Assembly (NCBI GenBank): GCA_038213805.1
Contig: JBBQSO010000001.1
Span: 1-64,000, forward strand
Direction of reading: 5' to 3'
DNA: 64,000 bases
From: Planctomycetota bacterium
Lineage (GTDB): Bacteria; Planctomycetota; UBA11346
Every line of letters starts with the position of its first letter. Within the stretch, counting starts at the first letter, position 1. This document shows, piece after piece, positions 1 through 8,704 of the stretch. A program made the position numbers and the translations under genes. The notes under the pieces are model-generated. The model saw nothing but the letters and a program-made list of their open reading frames with translations, searched no databases and was not told where the DNA came from.

Positions 1-42
1 GATGGCTGATGGCTGATGGCTGATGGCTGGCGGCTGGCGGCT
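1..42. repeat. Tandem heptamer array (GATGGCT)x4 + (GGCGGCT)x2; may continue beyond the window edge
   Basis: Read directly; it is the reverse complement of the array at 203-251. Confidence 0.95.
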
Positions 43-53
43 GTCCACCCACC

Positions 54-116
54 GCAGAACAGACAGCAGAGCAGACAGCAAAGCAGACAGCAGACAGCAG
101 ACAGCAGACAGCAGAC
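54..116. repeat. Imperfect tandem heptamer array (AGACAGC)n
   Basis: Read directly: agacagc units with two short interruptions. Confidence 0.9.
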
Positions 117-202
117 GACTTAGTTACGCGATGCGGCATGCGCTCACGATCCAACGCAACCTGGTCAGACGATCCCGAAAGCGGCGCACAGCGCCGGTTT
201 CC

Positions 203-251
203 AGCCATCAGCCATCAGCCATCAGCCATCAGCCATCAGCCATCAGCCGTC
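203..251. repeat. Tandem heptamer array (AGCCATC)x6 + AGCCGTC, inverted relative to 1-42
   Basis: Read directly; ends 2 nt from the stop codon of the HI0933 gene. Confidence 0.95.
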
Positions 252-253
252 CC

Positions 254-1432
254 TCACACCGCCGACCCCGCCGCGTGCCCCGAAGCCCACGCCCACTGGA
301 AATTATAGCCACCCAGCCAGCCAGTGACATCGACCACCTCGCCGACGCAGTGCAGGCCGGGGACGCGGCGCGCCTCCATGGTCTGCGAAGACAGCTCGCG
401 GGTGTCGATGCCGCCGCGGGTGACCTCGGCCTTGCGGTAGCCCTCGGTGCCGGCTGGCAGCAGCTCCCAGGTGTGGAAGGAGGCGGCGATGGCGGCCAGT
501 TCGCGCGCGGCCAGCTGATGCAGCGGACGGTCGCCGCCCTGCGCCAGCCAGCGTTGGACGAGGCGCTTGGGCAGCTGCTCGCTGAGCAAGGTCGAAACCA
601 GCGCCTTGGAGCCCGCGGACTTCGCCGCGGCCAGCTCGGCGGCGAGGTCGCGGCCGGGCGCCAGGTCGATGGTGACGCGCTCACCCGGGTGCCAGTACGA
701 GGAGATCTGCAGGATCGCCGGGCCGCTGAGCCCGGCATGGGTGAACAGCAGGTTCTCGCGGAAAACGCCGTCGCCGCAGCGCACTTCGGCGTCGGCCGAC
801 ACGCCACTGAGTTCCGCCGATCCCCACGATCCCGGCAGGGTGAAAGGCACCAGCGCGGGCGCGGTCGGCACTACCGCCAGACCGAACTGGGCGGCCAGGC
901 GATAGCCGAAGTCAGTGGCGCCGATGGTCGGGATCGACAGGCCGCCGGTGGCAAGCACCAGGCGCGGCGCACGGAAGGCCCCGCGCGAGCTGGCGACGCG
1001 GAAGTCCTGATCGCGCTCCACCGCCGCCACCGCGCAGCCGGTGATGATGGTCACGCCCGCGGCCTCGCATTCGTCGACCAGCAGCTTGACGATCTGCTTG
1101 GCCGAGCCGTCGCAGAACAATTGCCCGAGCTTCTTTTCGTGCCAGGCGATGCCGTGGTGCTCGACCAGGGCCAGGAAGTCTTGGGGCGAATACCGCGCCA
1201 GCGCCGACTTGCAGAAATGCGGGTTGGCGGAGAGATAGTGTTCCGGCCCGGCACCAAGGTTGGTGAAATTGCAGCGCCCGCCGCCAGAGATCAAGATTTT
1301 GCGACCGAGCGCCGGACTGTGATCGAGCACCACCACCGCGCGGCCACGCCGGCCGGCGGTGAGCGCGGTGAACAGGCCGGCAGCGCCTCCGCCGATGACC
1401 AGCACGTCGCAGGAACGCGTCGGATCGCTCAT
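254..1432 (-). CDS. HI0933/YhiN/BaiN-family NAD(P)/FAD-dependent oxidoreductase
   Basis: VIGGGAAG FAD motif, GRKILISGGGRCNFTN, LATGG, LLFTHAGLSGPAIL, VTRGGI and GEVVDVTGWLGGYNFQWAWASG signatures. Confidence 0.95.
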   Translation of the reverse strand: MSDPTRSCDVLVIGGGAAGLFTALTAGRRGRAVVVLDHSPALGRKILISGGGRCNFTNLGAGPEHYLSANPHFCKSALARYSPQDFLALVEHHGIAWHEKKLGQLFCDGSAKQIVKLLVDECEAAGVTIITGCAVAAVERDQDFRVASSRGAFRAPRLVLATGGLSIPTIGATDFGYRLAAQFGLAVVPTAPALVPFTLPGSWGSAELSGVSADAEVRCGDGVFRENLLFTHAGLSGPAILQISSYWHPGERVTIDLAPGRDLAAELAAAKSAGSKALVSTLLSEQLPKRLVQRWLAQGGDRPLHQLAARELAAIAASFHTWELLPAGTEGYRKAEVTRGGIDTRELSSQTMEARRVPGLHCVGEVVDVTGWLGGYNFQWAWASGHAAGSAV

Positions 1433-1679
1433 CGGCAGGGGCAGGGGATGCGGAGATGGACCGGCATGGGCGGCGGGAGGCTACCCGCAGCCACCGGGAA
1501 GCAACCGCCACGGGCCCGTGAAGCGCGGCAACGTCAGATGATCGCCCTGGTAAACACCCGCGGAATCCACGCCCACGCGCGGGTTTGCCGCCCCTGGGCA
1601 CGACACCACCCCTGCGGCACATTGAAATCCGGCCTCCCATGTGGATCGTCGAAACACCCCGCCCCTGTTCGGAGCACCC

Positions 1680-2423
1680 ATGTCCACCTTCGCCCCATTC
1701 CTCCAGGTCTTCTCAGCGCTCGCCGGCGTGGCGATCGTCAGCGCCCTGACCATGGTCCCGCTGGAGTCCGCTGAGGCGAAGCCGCGCACGCCCGAATCGG
1801 CACTGACCCCGGAGATCAAGGACAAGGGCCGCCACGACGCCTTCCTCAAGCGCATCGCCCAGGGGCCGGTCGGCCTGCTCTTCATCGGCGACTCGATCAC
1901 CGATTTCTTCCCGGGCCGTGGCAAGGACACCTGGGCCAAGTTCGCCACCTACCACCCCGCCGACTTCGGCATAAGCGGCGACCGCACCGAGCACGTGCTG
2001 TGGCGCCTGCAGAACGGTGAGCTCGACGGCCTCGACCCCAAGGCCACGGTGATCATGATCGGCACCAACAACATCGGCCACTTCAACGATGAGAAGTCCG
2101 AGTGGGCTGCCGCTGGCGTCGCCAGGATTGTCAAAACCGTGCGCGCCAAGCTGCCCAAGACGCGCATCCTGCTGCTCGGCGTCTTCCCGCGCGACGGCAA
2201 GGACTCCAAGCACCGCCAGCAGGTGACCGAGATCAACGGAATCATCGCCAAACTCGCCGACGGCAAGGCGGTCACCTATCTCGACATCGGCGACAAATTC
2301 CTGACCGCGGACGGTGCAATCGAAAAGGAGCTGATGCCCGACAACCTGCATCCGGATGCCAAAGGCTACGCGGTGTGGTACGATGCGATGTGGCCGACGC
2401 TGGAGAAACTGCTCGCACCGTGA
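1680..2423 (+). CDS. Secreted SGNH/GDSL esterase (PAF-acetylhydrolase IB-like, probable carbohydrate acetylesterase)
   Basis: GDSIT, GISGDRT, MIGTNN and DNLHP blocks; signal peptide; GGAG at 1671 before ATG 1680. Confidence 0.9.
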   Translation: MSTFAPFLQVFSALAGVAIVSALTMVPLESAEAKPRTPESALTPEIKDKGRHDAFLKRIAQGPVGLLFIGDSITDFFPGRGKDTWAKFATYHPADFGISGDRTEHVLWRLQNGELDGLDPKATVIMIGTNNIGHFNDEKSEWAAAGVARIVKTVRAKLPKTRILLLGVFPRDGKDSKHRQQVTEINGIIAKLADGKAVTYLDIGDKFLTADGAIEKELMPDNLHPDAKGYAVWYDAMWPTLEKLLAP

Positions 2424-2674
2424 TTCAACGGCGGTTGTCAGGCCGTGCCCGCAGGTAGCCCTGCCACCGACGAGCCAAAGTCAGACGGGCAGGTCTAGCG
2501 TGCCACGTATGTGCCGAAAGCGTTGGCGAGGCAGAAATGGTACCAATGACGCGGCCACGACGAGGAGGTTTCGGACGCAGGCGATGACAGTCGTGATGGC
2601 ATGCGAGGCTGCCTATCTCGTACGTCCCTCGGCCTCGCACATTCGAGAGCGGTCCCGAAGAACATTCCTGTAGT

Positions 2675-2725
2675 CGTAAAGACTATTCCCAATTATATTT
2701 AGCTAATACTCACTAGACATCAAGG
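2675..2725. promoter_or_regulatory. AT-rich putative promoter region upstream of the peroxidase-kinase operon
   Basis: gactattcccaattatatttagctaatact is strongly AT-rich against a GC-rich background; no specific motif assigned. Confidence 0.4.
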
Positions 2726-2839
2726 TGCGTGAATGCAGACCACGGTACCAGACATTTGTCTTGGAGTGGTCACTGCGGATATCCAAGCCACCCGTTCGCG
2801 GGTAGGCTTAGACATGGGTCCTCTGACTGGCATCTGCAC

Positions 2840-3859
2840 ATGTTGAAGCCCGTGGCGCTGGGGCTCGCGATCGCCTCCGCCTGCGGTGTGAGCGCCGCGA
2901 TCGATGGATTCGCCCCGAGGCTGGCTCGCGCCACGCCGACGGAGTCGGTCAACCAGCTCCAACCGGTGCGGGATGGTCAAGCCATCGTGCCCATCGAGCC
3001 AGCACGCGGTCTCGACCCGCGCACGGTCGACCTGGGCCGGCGGCTGTTCCATGATCAACGACTCTCCGGCGACCGATCACTGTCGTGCGCATCGTGCCAT
3101 ATGCTGGATCGCGGCGGCGTCGACCATCGGCGTACCGCCGTCGGCATCGGCGGCGCCATTGGCGGCATCAACACCCCGACGGTCTATAATTGCGCCCTCA
3201 ATTTCAGGCAGTTCTGGGATGGGCGGGCCGCCACCCTCGAAGAACAGGCAGCCGGTCCGATCCTGAACCCCATCGAGATGGGCGCGACCTGGGCCGTGGT
3301 GATCCCGCGGCTCGAAGCGGACCCGGTCTATGTTGCCGCCTTCACGGCGTTGTATGAGCACGGCATAGGGCCTGCCAGCGTCACCGACGCGCTCGCCGTT
3401 TTTGAGCGATCGCTCTCCACACCCGGCTCACGCTTCGATCGTTTCCTGCGTGGCGAAGAGGATGCGATCACCGCAGAGGAAAAGGCCGGGCATGCGCTGT
3501 TCGTGTCGTTGGGCTGCATCAGCTGCCATCAAGGCATGAATGTCGGCGGGAACCTCTACCAACGCTTTGGAATCATGGGCGACTACTTCGCCGACCGCGG
3601 CAACGTCACCCCGGCGGACCAGGGGCGGTACAACGTCACCCACCGCGAGGCGGACCGCTTCACCTTCAAGGTTCCGGGGCTGCGCAACGTGGCCTTGACC
3701 GCGCCCTACTTCCACGACGGCTCGGTGAAGACCCTCCACAAGGCCGTCATGGTCATGGCCCGCTATCAGCTCGGCGCAGAACTGTCCGCGCACGACATCG
3801 AGCTGGTGGTGCGGTTCCTCCATACCCTCAGTGATCCCGCACTCGAGCAGGATCCATGA
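2840..3859 (+). CDS. Di-haem cytochrome c peroxidase (CcpA/MauG superfamily)
   Basis: Two CxxCH motifs (CASCH, CISCH); LGRRLFHD, NTPTVYN, QFWDGRAATLEEQAAGPILNPIEM, FKVPGLRNVALTAPYFHDG; signal peptide from ATG 2840. Confidence 0.92.
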   Translation: MLKPVALGLAIASACGVSAAIDGFAPRLARATPTESVNQLQPVRDGQAIVPIEPARGLDPRTVDLGRRLFHDQRLSGDRSLSCASCHMLDRGGVDHRRTAVGIGGAIGGINTPTVYNCALNFRQFWDGRAATLEEQAAGPILNPIEMGATWAVVIPRLEADPVYVAAFTALYEHGIGPASVTDALAVFERSLSTPGSRFDRFLRGEEDAITAEEKAGHALFVSLGCISCHQGMNVGGNLYQRFGIMGDYFADRGNVTPADQGRYNVTHREADRFTFKVPGLRNVALTAPYFHDGSVKTLHKAVMVMARYQLGAELSAHDIELVVRFLHTLSDPALEQDP

Positions 3860-6018
3860 CCCCATCGCGGTTGTGGGCGGCGGCCAAAGCCTTGGCGACG
3901 GTGACCGCGGCGATGCTGCTGATCGCCTTCCTGTATCAGAAGACCAAGGCGGTAGACCTGTCCGGTCATGCGCGTCTGGTCCAAGAGATCCTCCTGATAC
4001 GAAACGTCGACACCACCATCGACCAGGATGTGCTGCGTATCCGCCAGGGCTTCCTTCGTCATTACGATACGCTGAACGCCAACCTGCAGCGCATGGAGAC
4101 GGGTATCGCCAGCCTGGAAGCGATACCTGCCTATTTCCACGATGCCGAGCGGACGGCGATGTTGACCGATGTCCGGAGATTCCGCGCGGCGGTCCTCGAC
4201 AAACGCGACGCGGTGGAGTCCTTCACATCCGATCACGCGATCCTGGCCAATTCGCTGCACTATCTGCCCAACCTGGTCAGTGCGCTGGTCGGCTCCGGGA
4301 CGGCTCCAGGGTCCGTGGGCAATGCCCCGGAACAACTCAGGTTGATCCTGCAGGAGATCCTGATCTACAACCTCCATGGGAGCGCGGCCGATGGCATGCC
4401 CATCCGCAAGCGCGTCCAGGACCTGCGCGATGGCGACCTCACCAGGGAGGGCGCGCGCGATCGGGACGATGTGCGCCTGGCCTTGGACCACGCCGATCGC
4501 ATCCTCGAATACAAACCGCGCGTCGACCTGGAATGCGAACGCATCCTCTCTGCGCCGACCTTGCGCATCCTTGGGGACATCTCCATGACCATGGAAGAAT
4601 CCGGCCGCATCGCCACGTGGTCCGGCAACGCCTATCGCCTCCTCCTCATCGCCGTATGCGCACTGCTCGCAGGCGGGGTAGCGTATTTCCTGGTGCGGCT
4701 GCGCGTGGCCAACGACAACCTGGAACAGCGCGTGCTGGTCCGAACCGCTGCCCTGTCACGGTCCAACCTCGAACTCGAGGAGCAGATCGCCCAGCGCCAA
4801 CGGGCCATTGCGGAACTGACTTCAGCGCAGGCGCGGATCCAGAGAATCATCACTATCATGCCGTCCATGCTCATCGGCACCGACGAGAGCCAGCGCATCG
4901 TGCTCTGGAACGCCAGGGCGGAGATGCAGTTCGGCATTCCGGCGGCGCAGGCAATGGGCCGACCCCTGGCGGATTGCGGGATCACCTGGGATTTCTCCAC
5001 GCTCAGCGCCAGGCTTGGCAGCATCGCCAATGCGCCGATCCACTTGCCCGATGTCGCGTTCGTCCGCCCGGATGGGAGGCCGGCCCTGCTCGCGCTCTCG
5101 GCGTGCCTCCTGCCGTCCGACCGCTCAGCGGCCGGCATGCTCATCGCCGCCACCGACATCACCGACCACAAGGCGATGGAGGCACAATTGATGCAGGCGC
5201 AGAAGCTGGAATCCATCGGTCAGCTCGCCGCGGGCGTCGCGCACGAGATCAACACCCCCGTGCAATTTATCGGCGACAACCTCTGCTTCCTACGCGATAC
5301 GTTCCGGAATCTCATTCCGCTGCTGTCCACCACCCGATCCTTGTTGGAAGCCCTGGGTGCACAGTCCCCGCAAGCGGCGCCAGTCGCGGAAATCGCCCAC
5401 CAGCTGCAGCAGGCATCCCAGGACGCGGATACGGAATTCCTGATCACAGAGGTGCCCAAGGCTATTATCCAGGCCATCGAAGGTGTCGAGCGAGTGGCCA
5501 CCATCGTCAAGTCGCTCAAGGAGTTTGCCCATCCCGATGGCCGGGAATTCGCCCCCGTTGATCTGCAGCGGACCATCGAGAGCACCCTGAACGTTGCGCG
5601 CAGCGAATACAAATACGTTGCCGATGTCGCGACCGACTTCGCAGCCGACCTTCCCCAGGTCCAGTGCATCCAGGGGGAGTTCAATCAGGTCGTGCTGAAT
5701 CTCATCATCAACGCCGCCGATGCCATCGGCGACGCGGTCGCAGCGCGTGGCGGCAGGGGCACCATCACGGTTTCCACCCGGCGCGACGGGGATACGGCAG
5801 AAATCCGCATCGGGGATACCGGGACCGGCATTCCCGAGCGGGTGCGTCCACACATCTTCGACCCCTTCTTCACCACCAAGGCGGTCGGCAAAGGCACCGG
5901 GCAAGGGTTGACCATCGCCCATGCGATCATCGTGCAGAAGCATCACGGCACGATGACCTTCGAGACTGCGCTCGGTCAGGGGACGACCTTCATCATTAGG
6001 ATCCCGATCGCGGCCTAG
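3856..6018 (+). CDS. Membrane sensor histidine kinase: DAHL-like helical periplasmic domain, PAS-like domain, HisKA, HATPase
   Basis: Two TM helices flank an all-helical domain (..DQDVLRIRQGFLRHYDTL..); H-box AHEINTP, N-box NLIINAADA, DTGTGI, FFTTK, GTGQGL. ATGA overlap with the peroxidase stop. The DAHL call is from recalled motif similarity. Confidence 0.9.
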   Translation: MTPSRLWAAAKALATVTAAMLLIAFLYQKTKAVDLSGHARLVQEILLIRNVDTTIDQDVLRIRQGFLRHYDTLNANLQRMETGIASLEAIPAYFHDAERTAMLTDVRRFRAAVLDKRDAVESFTSDHAILANSLHYLPNLVSALVGSGTAPGSVGNAPEQLRLILQEILIYNLHGSAADGMPIRKRVQDLRDGDLTREGARDRDDVRLALDHADRILEYKPRVDLECERILSAPTLRILGDISMTMEESGRIATWSGNAYRLLLIAVCALLAGGVAYFLVRLRVANDNLEQRVLVRTAALSRSNLELEEQIAQRQRAIAELTSAQARIQRIITIMPSMLIGTDESQRIVLWNARAEMQFGIPAAQAMGRPLADCGITWDFSTLSARLGSIANAPIHLPDVAFVRPDGRPALLALSACLLPSDRSAAGMLIAATDITDHKAMEAQLMQAQKLESIGQLAAGVAHEINTPVQFIGDNLCFLRDTFRNLIPLLSTTRSLLEALGAQSPQAAPVAEIAHQLQQASQDADTEFLITEVPKAIIQAIEGVERVATIVKSLKEFAHPDGREFAPVDLQRTIESTLNVARSEYKYVADVATDFAADLPQVQCIQGEFNQVVLNLIINAADAIGDAVAARGGRGTITVSTRRDGDTAEIRIGDTGTGIPERVRPHIFDPFFTTKAVGKGTGQGLTIAHAIIVQKHHGTMTFETALGQGTTFIIRIPIAA

Positions 6019-6404
6019 AACGCAGAAAGTCCTGAGCGTATCGCAGCTGCATTTTTTCGGTAATCGTCGTTCATGATCAGCCGTCGTGGGATCTGCAGGC
6101 CCGCATTTCCAGGCGACGTCCCGCCAAGCCTGACGAAAGTGGGACGTTGACCGGGTGGTGGAAAATGGTGACCAGTCATCGACGTAGGCAGACCAAGCGG
6201 GAAAATGCAGATTTTGGGCAGGCTGCATCCAGCGCAGCCAAGCTGGTCGGTGCGCGGGCGAGACGCAGATCTACCTCTTTCACCGCCCCACACCGTACAG
6301 GACCATGGCTCAGCCCTCCGCGCTGAGCCGTTGGCAGGATCGTCCCTGGCACGGAGAGATCATGGCAAGAGCTGCGCAGGATCGTGTGGTTTATAAAGCG
6401 ACTC

Positions 6405-7550
6405 TCAGGGCTTCACCCCCGTCAACCCCCTGATCAGCGTGACCTCCTGCGCATCGTACGCCGTCCCGTCCGCATGCAGGATGTCGTGGAACCACAAGGC
6501 TGGCTCCGCGGTGTATTTCTCCTTCCACGAGTCCCACGGGTACTTGGTCTGCGACTTGCCGTCGACGAAGCCCCAGTTGACGGCGGCGATCTTCTCGTCC
6601 TTGAAGTACGGCATGATCGCGGCGAAGGTGCTGCCCCGCGGGCGCGCCATGTATTCGGTGCAGATCAGCGGACGGCCGTGGGTGCGCAGGCGCGCGATGC
6701 CCGGCTTCAGCACATCGAGGGGGTCGTAGCTGTGGAAGGTGATGACGTCGGAGGCGGTGAGCTGGAATTTCTGCCACGGTTCCTGCTTGTCGAACTCGCG
6801 CGCCAGGTCCATCCAGATGCAGCAGGTCACCGGCTGGCTGGGATCCGCGGACAGCGCCCACGCGCGGGTGCGCTCAGCGAGCTTCAGCGACAGCTCCTTC
6901 TTGTTCGGCAGGTCGTCCTTGTCGAAGGGCGGCGGGCCGAACTTGTTGTCGAGCTCGTTGAACAGGTCCCAGAGCAGGACGCGGCGGTCGGCACGGAAAT
7001 GTCCGATCACGCCGGTGACGTAGTCCTTCAGGCGCGCGTCCCACACCGCCGGGTCACCAACGATGTCGGCGCCGGGCGCCTGCACCCAGCCGGAGTTGTG
7101 GGTGTGCGGCAACGGCTCGCGCTGCACACCGAGATGGGGCTTGGGATCCCAGCACGAATCGAAGATCACCAGCATCAGGCGCAGGTGGTGCTTGTCCGCA
7201 AGGCCGAGCACGCGCTCGATGCGCGCGATGAAGCCAGCCTGGTCCTGCTCCCACGGCAGGTTGTGCAGGAACACGCGCATGGTGGTGAAGCCAAGCCCCT
7301 CGGCCCAGCCGAACTCTTCATCGATGGTCTTGGGATCGAAGGTCGCGGCCTGCCACATCTCCAGTTCATTGATCGCGGTGCGCGGCAGGTAGTTTGCGCC
7401 CGCCATCCACGGCTGGTGGGCGTACCAGGCGTTGGCCACCTCGGGGCTCCACTGCTCGCGCGCCTGGGCTTGGCCCGCAGCAGGAAGCAGCAACGCCGTC
7501 GGCAACGCCGCGGAGATGAGTGCGCGGCACAGCGTGCGGTAGGTCGGCAT
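6405..7550 (-). CDS. Secreted clan GH-A glycoside hydrolase (GH5/GH2-like TIM barrel)
   Basis: Signal peptide; GANYLP..AINELEMWQ; acid/base WDLFNE; ITFHSY; nucleophile ICTEYMAR. Confidence 0.88.
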   Translation of the reverse strand: MPTYRTLCRALISAALPTALLLPAAGQAQAREQWSPEVANAWYAHQPWMAGANYLPRTAINELEMWQAATFDPKTIDEEFGWAEGLGFTTMRVFLHNLPWEQDQAGFIARIERVLGLADKHHLRLMLVIFDSCWDPKPHLGVQREPLPHTHNSGWVQAPGADIVGDPAVWDARLKDYVTGVIGHFRADRRVLLWDLFNELDNKFGPPPFDKDDLPNKKELSLKLAERTRAWALSADPSQPVTCCIWMDLAREFDKQEPWQKFQLTASDVITFHSYDPLDVLKPGIARLRTHGRPLICTEYMARPRGSTFAAIMPYFKDEKIAAVNWGFVDGKSQTKYPWDSWKEKYTAEPALWFHDILHADGTAYDAQEVTLIRGLTGVKP

Positions 7551-7763
7551 GGGGCATCCTCGCGGTGGTCGCGGCCTGATGGACTGAAACGTCACGGCAC
7601 GCGCCGCGGCGGTGGGGCGAGGATGTGCCCCGGCGCGCGATGTCATCCGCGACCCTTGGCCGACACGCCCGAGAGTGTGATGGCGATGTCGCGCACCTGC
7701 TGAAATGCTCGAGAACGATTGCAGTCTGAAAACGGCGTCGCGATTCCACGGCTGAAACCGCCG

Positions 7764-8255
7764 TTAAGGAACCGGCACCAGCACCACTTCCTGCAGATTC
7801 ATCAGACCCGCCCCGTCCATGTCGACCCCATGCACCTCGACGGTGGTCGCCTGGGCAGCGAGCGTCATCGGACCCATCTGGATGCGCGTAAAAGTGAACC
7901 AAGAGCTCGTCATGGGCAGGCCGGCTTCGACCTGGACATCTCCGACCTGCACGCTGCAGACGCTGCGGCGACAGCTATTGTGATCCGCGGCATAAAGCAG
8001 GTGAACCATGAAGCGACCCGGGCGCGCGACGCGCACCTGCCAGCGCACGTAATCGCTGAGCTGGCCCCAGTAGCCGATGGTGGGCCGCCCGTAGTCCACG
8101 CGCTTGAGCGTGCCGATGAGTTGCGCCGCCTCGGCTGGTAGCGTCAGCGAGCCATCGGCGACCTGGGCGATGCGCTCGCCCTCGACGGCGTGGATCGTGG
8201 CCGCACTGCAGAGCAAAAAACTCGAGAACACGGTCATGACCGCAGGCGCGCGCAT
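7764..8255 (-). CDS. Small secreted stand-alone carbohydrate-binding beta-sandwich protein (CBM6/CBM35-like)
   Basis: AAGGAG RBS; signal peptide; IGYW..DYVRWQV..PGRF.V.L.YA and TSSWFTF pattern. Confidence 0.7.
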   Translation of the reverse strand: MRAPAVMTVFSSFLLCSAATIHAVEGERIAQVADGSLTLPAEAAQLIGTLKRVDYGRPTIGYWGQLSDYVRWQVRVARPGRFMVHLLYAADHNSCRRSVCSVQVGDVQVEAGLPMTSSWFTFTRIQMGPMTLAAQATTVEVHGVDMDGAGLMNLQEVVLVPVP

Positions 8256-8704
8256 GGAAATCTCCTTGGCTTCCCCGCCGATTCCCCGTCTCCATACCAG
8301 GGACCAGCTGGAAAAGCGAGGCGCAGGCCATGCCCGGGGCTGCAACGCGTAGAGGCATGGATCCAGCGGGATACCCACAAGGTCTTGCGGGACGAACGTT
8401 AAGGCTATCGGATCAGGACCTAGGAATTGCCCCGTGGGCGAACCGGCTATGGTCAGCCTTCCCCCCTGATGAAGAACCGACCCCACGCATGGCCAAAGTC
8501 CCACCCGGCCAGCGCCGCGGCGGCCACGTCGCGGCCCGGGGCCATGATTTCCCGTAATGAAAACCCGCTCCCGGCGAATAACCCTCTCCTGGAGCGCGCC
8601 CTGGCCATGCCAACGCCATTCCTCCCCCTCGGCCGGCATCAGGGTTTTCACACCCTGACCGTCGGCGAGGCCCTGCCGGGCAGCGCCCGGGAAAGATCCT
8701 GACC

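Noticed and set aside
23..1774. 583-aa + strand ORF with repetitive N-terminus
   Set aside because: It translates the heptamer arrays and is antisense to the HI0933 gene; no protein-like motifs.
2495..2615. sigma54-like TGGCA..TGC motifs (also near 63213)
   Set aside because: GG-to-GC spacing does not fit the strict -24/-12 requirement.
6115..6180. CTGACGA...GAAA resembling a hammerhead ribozyme core
   Set aside because: No stem II pairing between the core elements; only a simple hairpin (acgtcccgc/gtgggacgt).
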